A stretch of 21,767 nucleotides of DNA from an uncultured delta proteobacterium (GTDB taxonomy: Bacteria > Myxococcota > Myxococcia > Myxococcales > Anaeromyxobacteraceae). Each line of letters begins with the position of its first letter. Position 1 is the first letter of the stretch. The stretch lies in assembly GCA_963814585.1 (NCBI GenBank), contig CAWFDF010000015.1, positions 1 through 21,767 on the forward strand. Direction: 5' to 3'. The translations under genes and the position numbers were made by a program. The notes beneath the pieces were generated by a model, which saw only the letters and a program-made list of their open reading frames with translations, ran no database searches and was not told where the DNA came from. This document shows positions 8,985 through 19,612 of the stretch, in pieces.

Positions 8985-11392
8985 TCAGTCCCGCAAGGTC
9001 ACGGGAAGCGTCTTGGCTTCACCGGCGGCGAGTTGGAACTGCGACTCGCTCCGCTTCGGCGCGGACAGGGCGAGGACGGCCAGCGCCAGCAGGACCAGCG
9101 CGCTGGCCGCGCTGACCCAGAGGCCGACGCGCAGGCCCGGAGCCTCGTACTGCATGCGGAGCAGGTGTCGGCCCGGGGGCCAGGCCACGGCCCGGACGGC
9201 CCGATCGGCCCGGAGCAGCGCCGCGGGCGCCCCGTCGATGGTGGCGGTCCAGCCGGACAGCAGGGCCTCGTTCACGACCAGGAGGGCTGGCCCGTCGGAC
9301 TCGGCCTCGACCTCCGCCGACTCGGCGCTGCGCGCCACCCGCAGGACCCGGCCGCCGCCACCGGTCGGGAGCGCCGGCGGGTGCTCGACCACCACGGCGT
9401 CGCTGCCCGTCATGACGGCCTGGCCCAGGAGCCGGAGGGCGTCGGCCTCGTCGCGGGCGGGCCAGACCTCCGCGGCGAAGCTGGCCCAGGGCCGGTGCGG
9501 CAGGGCCCAGACGGAGAGGTGGCGGTCCCGGTCGTGCCAGAGGAAGCGTGCCTGCCGGGTCGCGCTGCGGGCGATCACCTTCTCCTGGTCATGAACGGGT
9601 CCTGGATCACGGCGTGCGTCGCGCCGAATCGGCGCAGCGCCACCCACTGTTCCGGCCCCAGGCTGCTCGCCAGGAGCTGGCGGACCTCCACCCAGGGCCG
9701 GGCGGGCATGGCGGCGTAGCCCCCGACCTGATCGACCCCCGCCATGGCCGGGAAGGGCACCTCGCCCAGCCGGGACTGCGCCAGGAGCAGCGCGTCCACC
9801 GGGTGGGGTCCCCGCTGGAGCGCATGGCCGCCCTCCTCCAGCGGCGTCATGATCCGCGGGGCGGGCTCCTCGCGCGGAAGGCTCATCATCACGCCCAGGT
9901 CGAGCAGGCCTGGCTTGCCGGCGTGCAGCGAGAACGGGGAGGCGCCCACGGCGGCGATGAAGAGCAGGCCGGTGAGCGACCAGCGCCGGGCCGCCTCGCT
10001 CCAGCGAGCACCGCGGCCCAGCACGGCCGCCAGGAGCGACGTCACGAGGCCGAGGTGGAGCAGGCCGGCGGAGAGGTTCCGCGCCGCCTGGGCCGCGCCC
10101 GCCGTCGCCAGCTGGCTCGTGTCGTGCGGCACCAGCGACGGATCCACCGCGAGCAGCGCGGCGCCGGCCAGGAAGGCGGCGGCCACGGCGGCGGCGGCCC
10201 AGGCCAGCCGGGACCTCGACCACTCCAGCTGGTCGAGACCCCGGGCTGCCGCCAGGGCCAGGCACAGGGTCACCGGCCCGATGAGCTTCTCCGCGTACCG
10301 GAACGACCGCCAGATCGGGATGCGCTCCACGACGGCCTGGGCCGAGAGGTGGTAGCCCATGGCCGAGCCAGAGGAAGACCAGCGCCATGAGGCCGAGCAG
10401 CCTGGCCGTCCGGTCCGCCCGGAGGGCCGCGGCCGCCAGCACCAGCGGGACGGCGCCGACGTACACGCTCGGCAGGCACGGCATCATGACCGTGGCGCTG
10501 TCGAAGTCGCCGAGCCAGCGGAAGACCGGCCACTCCAGCTGGCCGAGGATGCCGCCGAAGAAGCCCGGCGAGGCCAGCTCGATGAGTCGCCAGGGCGGGA
10601 AGGCCCACTGCCGCTGGTCCGACGCCGAGAGCCCCGTCGATCGGGCCGTCTCCCCGAACGCCAGGGCCGTGGGCGCCAGCTGCAAGGCCGCCAGCCCGGT
10701 GCCGAGGGCCATGGCGAGCAGGAGCCGGGGCAGGACGGCGAACCCCTGGCGCTGCCAGGCCAGCGCCACCCCGAGCGCGCAGGCGACGACGGTCCACTGC
10801 GGGTCACCGGCGAGGTGCATGACCGCCACGGCGACGGCGCCCACGGCGAGCCGGCCCGGGCCGGCGCGTCCGAGCTGGAGCAGGGCCGCCACCAGCCAGG
10901 GCGCGGTGGCGCCGGCGCACAGGTAGACGAGGATGCGCGCTCATCCCCAGCACGTAGCCCGAGAGGCCGTAGGCCAGGCCGCCCAGGACCGCCGCCGGCG
11001 CGGTGGCCCCGAGCTGGAGGGCCGCCACGGCCGCACCGGCGGCCGCCAGGAAGACGAAGGCCACGACGGCCAGGTCGGGCCCGGCGCCGGGGAGGAGCCA
11101 GGCGCCCAGGAGGGAGACGGGGTGGAGCACGGCGTGGTTCAGCTGCGCGAGGAGCGGTTGGCCCAGCGCCTCGTGCGGGTTCCAGAGCGGCAGCTGGAGC
11201 GACCGCAGCGCCGGCTCGACGAGGGCCCGCAGCGGCGCGAAGAAGAGCGTGGAGTCGCGCCAGGCGATGGCGTGGCCGGTCGCCAGGTAGGCCGCCGGCA
11301 CCAGCGCCGCCAGCGCGCCGGCCAGGGCAGGAGGCCAGACGCGCGGCGAGCGGCCCGGTCAGCAGGCGGCGTAGTCCGCTGGAGGCTGTCAC
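8985..11392 (-). CDS. YfhO-family polytopic membrane protein (GT-C-like; multiple frameshifts; start uncertain)
   Basis: N-terminal WRDSTLFFAP...LQLPLWNPHEALGQPLLA...LHP, GGLAYGLSGY, FRYAEK and C-terminal LVVNEALLSGWTATIDG...RAVAWPPGRHLLRMQYEAP. These match the YfhO-like pattern as I recall it. Confidence 0.8.
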
Positions 11393-11525
11393 GGGGTCTG
11401 GATGCCCAGTGCCATTCGCAGCACGAACTCCGTGGTGATGAAGTGAGGATAGCGGAACGTGCCAGGGAGGACGGCTCAACCGCCCCGACAAGGGGGAGCT
11501 GGGCAGCACCCGGGGCCGGACCCAA

Positions 11526-13887
11526 TCACAGCCCGTGACAGCGCCGGCACGGCGCCGCGGTAGTCCTCCGGCGCGCCGCCCCAGATCACGCTGGTCTCGG
11601 CGAGGTGGCAGGCGACGCTGGAGCAGGTCTTGGTGGCGGGGGCCCAGGTCGCGCCGCCCAGGTGCATGGACATGGTCGGGTCAGCCGTAGGGCCAGGCCT
11701 GCCCAGCCGGCGGCGGCGGGATCACCGCCGGGTCGTAGACGGCCCCGGCCGGCAGCGGATCGACGAAGGGCGCCGCGTTGGTCACCCAGATCGGCCGGGT
11801 GGGCGTGAACGGGGCGGTGGGCAGCCAGGGGATCGCCGGGACCGTCTCGCGCGGATCGAAGACCACGTCGCGGCTCCCGTTGACGTGGTGGAGCGGCAGC
11901 GCCTTGCCGGAGCGGGTGGGCGCCACCGGGTCCCCGTCGCGGTGGCAGCCGAGGCAGTCGTAGTGCGTGACCGAGCCGGCCAGCAGGTAGTCCCCGCTGG
12001 TGTCGAGGTAGTAGAAGCCGGACGGGCCGGTGTTGGCCGGATCGACCGTGGCGTAGTGGCAGGTCTGGCAGGTGATGGCCGAGGCGTCGTTCAGCGCCGG
12101 CCCAGGTCCCCTGCCCGTGCTTCGAGCCCATCTCGACGCCGGGGTGCCAGACGCCCGGCAGGCCGCCGAAGTGGCCCCACTCGTAGCCGTCGAAGGCCAG
12201 GCCGAGGTGGGAGTTGGCGGTCACGGCGCCCGGGCCGCCCGACGGGTAGCGCGGCGGGTTGCCGTGGCAGGAGCCGCAGCCGAGCTTGGCGCCCGACGTC
12301 CAGGCCGGGGTGGCGACGTAGGCCGGCGTCGCCGCCGCCACGTCGGTGGCCTGGCCGCTGGAGTGGCAGTAGACCGTCGCGCAGCTTCCGCCGGCGTAGG
12401 CCGCCGCCGCCGGGTTGCGCGCCTTGAGGCTGCCGGCGGGCGCGCCGGTCCCCGCCAGCGCCACCTCGACCTGGCCGTCCATGTGGCCGGCGGGATCCAC
12501 CGGGTGGCAGTTGCCGCAGCCGAAGGCGAAGGACGGGAAGCCGGGCGGGAGCAGGCCACCGGCCACGTAGTCGCCGAGCACGCGCACGTCGCCGTACGCG
12601 CCCTGGCTGGCGCCGGCCGTCCAGGCGAAGTGGGTGAGGTGGGCGCCGGTCGCCGGCGGGAAGCCGTGGCAGGCGTCGCACGAGAGCGCCCCGCCGCCGG
12701 TGCCGCCGAAGTCCACCACCCCGTTCACGTGCTTGCCGCCGGCGACGTCGATGGTGCCGTCGGCCAGGACGGTCGTGCCGTGGCAGCCGGCGCAGGAGGT
12801 CAGCTGCGGGTGCGGCGCCGGCGGGGGCCAGCCGTGGCAGCCGGTGCAGGACTGCTGCGGCGGGAGCGTGAAGTCGGGCTCCTGCGCGTAGGTCCAGGTG
12901 GGCGTGGTGCGGCTGCCGCCCTGGATGGCCGGGTTGGCGCCGTGGCAGTAGACGCCGGAGCAGCTCGCCTGGGCGGGGTTCCACGCCGGCTGCGAGCCGC
13001 GCGCCGTGGCGAGCGGGCCCCAGGTGAGCCGCGGGTCGCCGAGGTGGCCGGGCGAGTCGACGGCCGCCGGGACCACGTGGCACTCGGTGCACGCCAGCGC
13101 CTGCCGGATGGGCGTGTCGCGCAGGTGGAGCCGGTGGGCGCCGACGCGCCGGCTCGGTCGTGGCGGTCTCGCCGCCCAGGCCGGTCGGAGGGGCCGGGCT
13201 GTCGGCGCTGCCGTGGCAGGAGGAGCAGGTGAGCGTGCCGTCCCCGCCGGAGAAGTCGGTGGCGCCGTTCACGTGCTTGCCGCCGGCCACGTCGATGGTC
13301 CCGCCGGCGAGGACGGTGGTGCCGTGGCAGCGCCGGCAGTCGGTGTTCTGCGGGTGCGGGGCGGGCGGCGGCCAGCCGTGGCAGGTGGTGCAGGTCTGCT
13401 GGGGCGGCAGCGAGAAGTCGGGCTCGGTGGCGTAGGTCCAGACCGGCGCGGTGCTGGAGCCGCCGTGGATGGCCGGGCTGCCGCCGTGGCAGTAGACGCC
13501 GCTGCAGCGCAGCTCGGCCTGGTTCCAGGAGGGCTGGCCGCCGCGGGCCTCGACAGCGGGCCCCAGGTCAGCAGCGGCGCGTCGAAGTGGCCCGGCGTCG
13601 ACGACCCGGGCAGGGACCACGTGGCACTCGGTGCAGGCGAGCGCCTGCCGGATGGCGGTGTCGCGCAGGTGGAGCCGGTGGGCGCCGACGGCGGCGGCGG
13701 TGGTGGAGGTCTCACCGCGCGTGCCCCTCGGCGGCGCCGGGTTGCCGTCGCTGCCGTGGCAGGAGAGGCAGTCGGTGGTCTCGCCGTTCGCGAGCGGGCG
13801 GGCCTCGTTGCAGCCCGAGGTGGCGGCCAGGGACGCGGACAGGAAGAGGACGGCGCAGCGTGACCGGTGACCTCGGGGGGAGGGCAT
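11526..13887 (-). CDS. Lipoprotein multiheme cytochrome c, CxxxxCH/CxxCH (Geobacter-type) family; 18 heme motifs after frame repair
   Basis: Signal with lipobox LAATSG|C. Motifs in order: CLSCH, CTECH, CSGVYCH, CTTCH, CRRCH, CSSCH, CTECH, CSGVYCH, CTGCH, CAGCH, CDACH, CGNCH, CATVYCH, CGSCH, CQTCH, CLGCH, CSSVACH, and a final CRRCHGL-stop in a shifted frame (TGA at 11528-11526). Confidence 0.92.
12680..13775 (-). repeat. Tandem internal duplication (~545 bp unit, two copies) within the cytochrome gene
   Basis: Near-identical blocks offset by about 544 bp, e.g. ccgttcacgtgcttgccgccgg at 12721 and 13265. Both copies encode AH..HLRDT.IRQALACTECH...CSGVYCHG...W.YA.EPDF.LPPQQ.C..CHGWPPPAPHPQ...GGKHVNG. 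Confidence 0.9.
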
Positions 13888-13922
13888 GCCGAAGCCATCC
13901 CACTCCGCGTCGGTGTACGTCC

Positions 13923-13936
13923 TTGATTCAAATCAA
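13923..13936. promoter_or_regulatory. FNR/CRP-family binding site (TTGAT-N4-ATCAA)
   Basis: TTGATTCAAATCAA matches the FNR consensus exactly, in an AT-rich intergenic gap. It is centred about 42 bp upstream of the cytochrome ATG. Confidence 0.85.
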
Positions 13937-13970
13937 GACGACAGCCACGTTGGGCAGTGAAAATGCATGA

Positions 13971-15670
13971 TTAGGGGGCCGGGACATCGAGTCGAGCCGG
14001 CGAGTCCCGACCGGCGGAGCGGGTCAGAAGCCCCGGGTTGCCGGCAGGCTCGAGCTGGCTCGAGGGCACGAGCGCCCAGTCGCGACCCAGCTCAGGGTCG
14101 AAGTGCGGGGTGCAGGGTATCGGAGCGGCCCAGCAGAGCTCGCCTTGCACCGGGACGTTGACCCGGTATCCCGATCGCGTCACCCGCTCCTCCAGGCGCG
14201 GGACCGGCAGCGCAGGCGCGGCCACCAGCGGAAGCGCCGGGCCGTCCCGCCAGGTGAAGGTCAGGAGCTGGTTGGCGTGGACGAAGAAGACGGCGCCGCC
14301 GACGGACGGCGATGGCCGCGACCCGACGCGCGGCGGGTGCGGCGAGCCACCCGCCACGGCTCGCCGCGTGGGCCAGACGGGAGCAGGCCCACGGCGAAGA
14401 GGAACCCGGCGCCGAAGCGCGGGTCGGGCGCCGAGAGGAACCAGGCCGCCGCTCCGACGATGGAGATGGACCAGGGGAGGAGGAGCGCGGGGATTGCCCG
14501 GCGGACGCCAGCCAGCTCCGGCCACGAGCCCTGCCACCACCAGGACCGCCAGGGCCCGCGTGTCGAGGAAGGCGAGCTGGCTCGCTGTCCAGGAGGAGAC
14601 CCAGGCCCAGTTGCCGAGGACCCTGGTCGGCTCGACGCCCGGCTGCCGCGCCCAGGCGGCCACGACGTCGGCGACCCCTCTCACCGCCAGAGGCGTCGGG
14701 CGACCAGCGGAGGCCGTTGAAGCAGGTCGCGGCCGCGGGATAGACGAGGCACCCGGAGTGCAGCACCGACCGGAGGAGCCACGGCACCACGGCGAGGGCC
14801 GCGAGCCCGAGGAGCCCGACCCTGAAGCGGCGGTCCATCGCACCGCGGTGGAGCGCCAGGACCAGGACGCCGCCGGCGGCGAGCGGGAAGGCCGAGACCT
14901 TGAGGAGCGCCGCGAAGAGGGAGAGCAGGGCGGCGGCGCGGGCCTCGGCGGCGAAGGGCTGCCCGGCCTCGAGGGCCCGGGCCCAGAGCGCCAGCGTGAA
15001 GGGGATGAGGAAGGTGAGGACCCGGTCCGCCTGCTGGGCCCCCAGGCCGATGGTGGCGAAGCCCAGCGGCACGAGCACCAGGGCGAGGGCCAGGTTCGAG
15101 AAGCTCCGGTCTCCGCCCAGCAGCCGGCCGAGGGCGCCGGACGCCCCGGCCGCGGCGAAGAGCATGGGGAGCAGGTTCACGAAGTAGGTGCTGGTGTCGA
15201 TCGCCAGCGGGTGCTCCAGCAGGGCGCTCAGCACGAACCAGGTGTCGTTCAGGGCCAGCCGGAAGTGGAGGTTGACGACCCCGATCTCGACCCGGCGCCC
15301 GGTGATCCAGCGCATCGCCTGCAGGTAGTAGAGCCCGGAGTCATAGTGCTGCGCCGGGGTCTGCATGAGCAGCAGCAGCGCGACCAGCGTGATGGCCACC
15401 CCGGACCGCCTCCCACCGGCCGAGCCCCTCCAGCAGCCAGGCTCGCCGCCGCCAGGCCAGCACCGAGCCGACCAGCCAGACGACGGCGGAGACGGCCGGA
15501 GAGAGCGGGATCAGGAAGTTGAGGCAGGTCCCGAGCACGGACAGGACGCCGAGGCCGAGCAGGCCGGTCACCGCGCGTCTCAGGCCAGGGAAGCCCTGGT
15601 AGTCGAGCAGGGCTCCGAACCCGAGGATCGCCGGGATCCAGGTGACCGTGATCAGCGCGAGGAGGATCAT
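13971..15670 (-). CDS. Polytopic membrane protein, LIC_10190-like (putative GT-C fold; frameshifted)
   Basis: Many TM segments, the motif YDSGLYYLQAMRWI...GVVNLHFRLALNDTW, and a C-terminal PVQGELCWAAPIPCTP. The family assignment is from memory of these motifs. Confidence 0.7.
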
Positions 15671-15786
15671 CTCGGGACGTGCCGCGGTGGGCGGGTGGCA
15701 TGCTACCACCGCAGGGACCACGCATCGGGCCCCACCGTGGGGCCTCTGCGATGCTGGCCAGCCGGGGCCATCCCCCAGGAGTCGAC

Positions 15787-16566
15787 ATGACCGTCTTCGC
15801 GGACTACTCCCGGTTCTACGACCTGCTGTACCGGGACAAGGACTACGCAGCGGAGGCCCGCTTCGTGGACGGGCTGCTGGCGCGTCACCGCTCGCCAGGT
15901 GGACCGCTGCGGCTGCTGGAGCTGGGGAGCGGTACCGGCCGCCACGCCCGGCTCCTCGCGCAGCAGGGGCACCGAGTCCGCGGCATCGACCGGAGCCCCG
16001 AGATGGTGGCCCGGGCACGGGCCGAGCTGGCGGACGCGCCCCCCGAGATCCGGACTCGCGTGAGCTTCGACGAAGCCGATCTCCGCACCTACCGGGCCGG
16101 CGAGCCCTTCGAGGCGGTGGTCTGCCTCTTCCACGTGATGAGCTACCAGACCACCCAGGCCGACCTGGAGGAGGCCCTGGCGACGGCCCGGGCGCACCTG
16201 GCTCCGGGGGGCCTGTTCCTGTTCGACGCCTGGTATGGCCCCGGGGTCCTCACCACGCCACCGTCGATCCGGACCAAGCGGGTGGCCGGGCCCGGCTACT
16301 CCGTGCTGAGGCTGTCGGAGCCGACGCTGCTCGCCAGCGAGAACCGGGTCGACGTCCGGTTCACGGTCTTCTCGCTCTCGGACAACGGGGCCGTGGAGGG
16401 CGTGGCCGAGGAGACCCACCGGATGCGCTACTGGTTCCACCCCGAGATCGTCGAGGCGGCCGGCAGGACCGGGTTCGAGGTGGCGGAGCTGGCGGAGTGG
16501 ATGACGGGCCGCGCGCCCGACACCGCCTCGTGGAACGCCTGCTGGGTGCTCCGCGCGCTGGCTTGA
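15787..16566 (+). CDS. Class I SAM-dependent methyltransferase (resembles sugar N-methyltransferases of TylM1/DesVI type)
   Basis: SD CCAGGAG before ATG 15787. N-terminal YSRFYDLLYRDKDYAAEA, motif I LLELGSGTG, and HLAPGGLFLFD. Intact ORF. Confidence 0.88.
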   Translation: MTVFADYSRFYDLLYRDKDYAAEARFVDGLLARHRSPGGPLRLLELGSGTGRHARLLAQQGHRVRGIDRSPEMVARARAELADAPPEIRTRVSFDEADLRTYRAGEPFEAVVCLFHVMSYQTTQADLEEALATARAHLAPGGLFLFDAWYGPGVLTTPPSIRTKRVAGPGYSVLRLSEPTLLASENRVDVRFTVFSLSDNGAVEGVAEETHRMRYWFHPEIVEAAGRTGFEVAELAEWMTGRAPDTASWNACWVLRALA

Positions 16567-16602
16567 AGGGGCGGCGCCGCGGGCGGCTGGAATGGCCCTC
16601 GC

Positions 16603-17467
16603 CTACCCGGGACGCCTCCGGAAGATGAAGCCCCTGGCCTGGGACTGGACATCCCCCAGGTCCCACGCCTCGAACGAGTCGAAGGCCTCGATCAGCTCGT
16701 AGCGTGGGGCCAGGCTGGCGACGAGCTTGCCGGTGTCGAGGAACCAGGCCGGGTAGCTCGCCGGGTAGACCTCGGGCGGGACGCGCTGCACGGTGAGCCG
16801 GTCCTCGCCCTGCTCCAGGCAGGGTGTCCGGTCGATCAGGATGAACGGGAACCCGAGTCCGGCGGCCTCCCGGAGGAAGTCGTGAGGCGCCTCCAGGTAG
16901 GGGAGGACCCCCGACAGGAGCAGCACGTTGCACTCGCCCTCGGCGAGGCACTCCGCGAGATCGAGGTGGAAGCGGAGCTGGCCGTCCTGAAGGTGCCGCC
17001 TGTCCGGCCTCGACGAACCTCGGCTGCTCGACGACGCTCCATCGCACCTGGGGAAGCGCCGAGAGGAAGGCCCGATACTGGAACCACAGGCTCCCGAGCG
17101 ATCCGCCGAAGTCGGCCACCGAGAGCCTGCCCCCACGCTGGGCGGCCACCCAGAGCAACCCCGCCAGCAGCGGCCAGGAGTGGGCCGAGCGGTCGAAGAG
17201 GACCGAGTCGCGCTCGAAGAGGGCCTCGCCGCGCTTCACCTTGAGCGTCGCCTCGAGGACCCGCTCGACGATGACGTCGGCGTCGTAGCCGGAGGACGCC
17301 GCCCGGGCCTCCTCCCAGCTCGCGAAGGGGCGGGAGAACGGCCGCGGGAGGGCATGGCGCCGGTAGAGGCGCAGGGCCGCCGGGGGCGCCAGGTCTCTCA
17401 GGATGCGCTGCAGGCTTGGGTTCACGGTGGGTGGGGTGAAGGGTGGCCGGTGCGACCGTGGAGCCAT
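16603..17467 (-). CDS. Putative methyltransferase, TIGR04325/LIC12133-like (frameshift near 17000)
   Basis: SWEEARAASSGYD...VKRGEALFERDSVLF, VADFGGSLGS, WSVVEQ, LLSGVLPYL, IDRTP, VQRVPPEVYPASYPAWF. TGATG overlap with the flippase stop. Confidence 0.85.
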
Positions 17468-19049
17468 CAAGTATCCGAACGGCCCAGGACCCGCAACACC
17501 ACCGGCCGGAACGAGGCGACCACGTCCCGTCGCCGCTGCGGGCCGCCCGGCAGCAGCTCCCCGGCGCCGAGCTGGACCGCGGCGAGGAGGACCGTGGCCA
17601 GGGCCGCCTCCACGAGGACCAGCGACCAGCTGGGCTCGAGCAGCAGCGAGTCGCGGACGGCGCAGCCGGCGGCCAGCAGGCCGAGGGCCACCAGGGCCGG
17701 GGCGACCAGGTGCGCCGCGTAGCTGGTTCCCCGGTGCTCGGCCCTGAAGTCCACCCGCCACACCAGGTAGACGACGATGCCAGCGAAGCAGCGCCGCCAG
17801 GCAGAGGCCGTAGCCGACACCGGACAGGCCGAGCCTCGGGACGAGGAGCATCCCCGCGCCGGCCACGACCAGGCCGCTCCGCGACGCTGGCGAAGGCGTC
17901 CCACCGGACCCGGCCGATCCCCAGCAGGTAGTTGGCGGGCGCCACCGCCACCATCCCGATGATGCCGGCGGCGCAGAGGAGCCTGAGCGCGGGCAGGACC
18001 GCCTGGGCGGCCTCCGGGGAGACCCAGAGCGAGATGAAGTCCCCGCCGACGATGGCCAGGACCGCGGCGCAGACTCCGAAGGCGCTGGTCATCGTCCAGC
18101 CCGCCAGGAGGGAGAAGCGCCGCGCCTGGGCCAGCTCGCCCTGTCCCTGGAAGCGGCTCACGGCCGGGTAGAGGACCTCGCCGGCCTCGGCGAACGCAAC
18201 CTGGAGCTGCCCCGCCAGCAGGCTCCCCACCGCGTAGAAGCCGACGATGGTCGGGGCGAAGTAGATGCCGAGGACGTACCGGTCGCCCCAGCCGCTGAGC
18301 AGCGCCCCGGCCGTCCCCGCGGCCTGCCAGGCGCCGAAGGAGAGCGAGCGGCCGACCAGCGCCGGGTCCAGGCTGGGCCAGGCCGCGGCGCCCGGAAGCG
18401 CCCGCGCCGCGCCCCGGAACTGGAGCACGGCCACCAGCACGGCGACGCACGCCTGGGCCAGCAGGACGGCGATCACCCCGCCGCCCCGCGCGGCGGCCGC
18501 GATGCCCGCCAGCGCCGAGAGCGCGACCGAGAGCGCCCGAGTCGAGCGACGTCGGCGAAGCGCTGGGTCGCCACCAGCACCGCGTTCCAGCTGACGCTGA
18601 CCAGGCCGACGAGCCAGGTGAACCCGATCAGGCGGAAGCCGAGGGTGGCGACCTCATGGTCCTGCCGGGGCCACCGCGAAGAGCGACGTGGCGAGCCAGG
18701 GAGCGAGGAGCGCGAGCACGGCGGCACCGAGCACGCCGGCGACGACGTTGACCAGGAGCGACCCGCGAACGACGCCGATCGCCTCCCGGGTGTCGCCCCG
18801 TCCCAGCGCCTCGGCCACGTACTTCACGGTGGCGGCGCCCATCCCGTCGAGCAGCACCAGCGGAGCGACGGCCGCCTGGAAGAGGGCCAGCAGGCCCCAC
18901 TGCGACATGCCCAGCAGCCGGGTGTACAGGGGCACGGCGGCCAGCCCCACCAGGACGCGGACCACGACGGCGGCGGCCTGCCAGCTGGCGTGGTGCGCCA
19001 GGCCTGGGGGCGAGGGCGGCGTCGTTCGGGAGAGGTGGGCCACGGTCAC
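17467..19049 (-). CDS. Wzx/MOP-family oligosaccharide flippase (frameshifted)
   Basis: VPLYTRLLGMSQWGLLAL...DGMGAATVKYVAE, SFGAWQ...DRYVLGIYFAPTIVGFYAVG...LYPAVS and about 12 or more hydrophobic segments. Confidence 0.85.
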
Positions 19050-19133
19050 GGCCGGCGGGGCGCCTGGCAGCGCCCGGGCGAGCGGTCGGCAGGCTATTAC
19101 ACGCCGGGCGTGAAGTCGACCCGGCCCGCTCGC

Positions 19134-19162
19134 TTGACGACCCGGGGGGGCGCGGCGACGAT
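19134..19162 (+). promoter_or_regulatory. Putative sigma70 promoter (TTGACG-17 bp-GACGAT) for the cupin-aminotransferase-GT operon
   Basis: The -35 is at 19134-19139 and the -10 at 19157-19162. Predicted +1 is about 19169-19170, 2-3 nt before GTG 19172. Confidence 0.45.
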
Positions 19163-19171
19163 GCCGCCCGA

Positions 19172-19612
19172 GTGGGAGAGGTCGAGAACATCGAGGTGGA
19201 CGGCCAGCAGGTGGCCATCATCGTGCGCGCCGGCGTCGCCGCGCCGGGCGTCCAGTTCTTCACGCCGGGGACCTACTCGCAGCAGCTGGCCCGCATGTCC
19301 CACCCGGCCGGCAAGATCGTCGATCCCCACGTGCACAACCACATCCGGCGCGAGGTCTTCCAGACCAACGAGGTGCTGCTGCTCCGGCGGGGCCGGCTGC
19401 GCGTGGACTTCTACAGCGAAGCTCGCGAGTACTGCACCAGCCGCGTCCTTGGGGCCGGAGACCTCATCCTCCTGGTCGCCGGGGGGCACGGCTTCGAGGT
19501 CCTCGAGGACCTGGAGATGATCGAGGTGAAGCAGGGGCCGTACGCGGGCGACGCCGACAAGACGCGCTTCCCTACGACCCCACGGTCATCCGGGCCGGCG
19601 GGGGACCCGTGA
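19172..19612 (+). CDS. Cupin-fold protein associated with sugar biosynthesis
   Basis: Metal-binding cupin motifs PHVH...TNEVL...G and GGHGF, plus EVKQGPY. GTGA overlap with the next gene. Confidence 0.85.
   Translation: MGEVENIEVDGQQVAIIVRAGVAAPGVQFFTPGTYSQQLARMSHPAGKIVDPHVHNHIRREVFQTNEVLLLRRGRLRVDFYSEAREYCTSRVLGAGDLILLVAGGHGFEVLEDLEMIEVKQGPYAGDADKTRFPTTPRSSGPAGDP

Noticed and set aside
11449..11464. Possible sigma54 promoter (TGGCAC...) upstream of the YfhO-like gene
   Set aside because: The GC dinucleotide is not at the required spacing from the GG. A TATCCT -10-like hexamer nearby lacks a supporting -35.
11476..11560. Cytochrome C-terminus ending ...GCCPAPPCRGG at 11476 as in the ORF track
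   Set aside because: A one-base shift gives CRRCHGL-stop at 11526, which fits the family's motif pairing much better.
12680..13775. Repeats as a CRISPR array or mobile element
   Set aside because: They are two long coding-domain copies with no spacers, terminal repeats, transposase or cas genes.
1276..15522. Many long ORFs on the + strand (e.g. 7878-9719, 5813-7315, 14038-15522)
   Set aside because: They are antisense shadows of real minus-strand genes in high-GC DNA. They are Arg/Pro/Gly-rich with no recognisable motifs.
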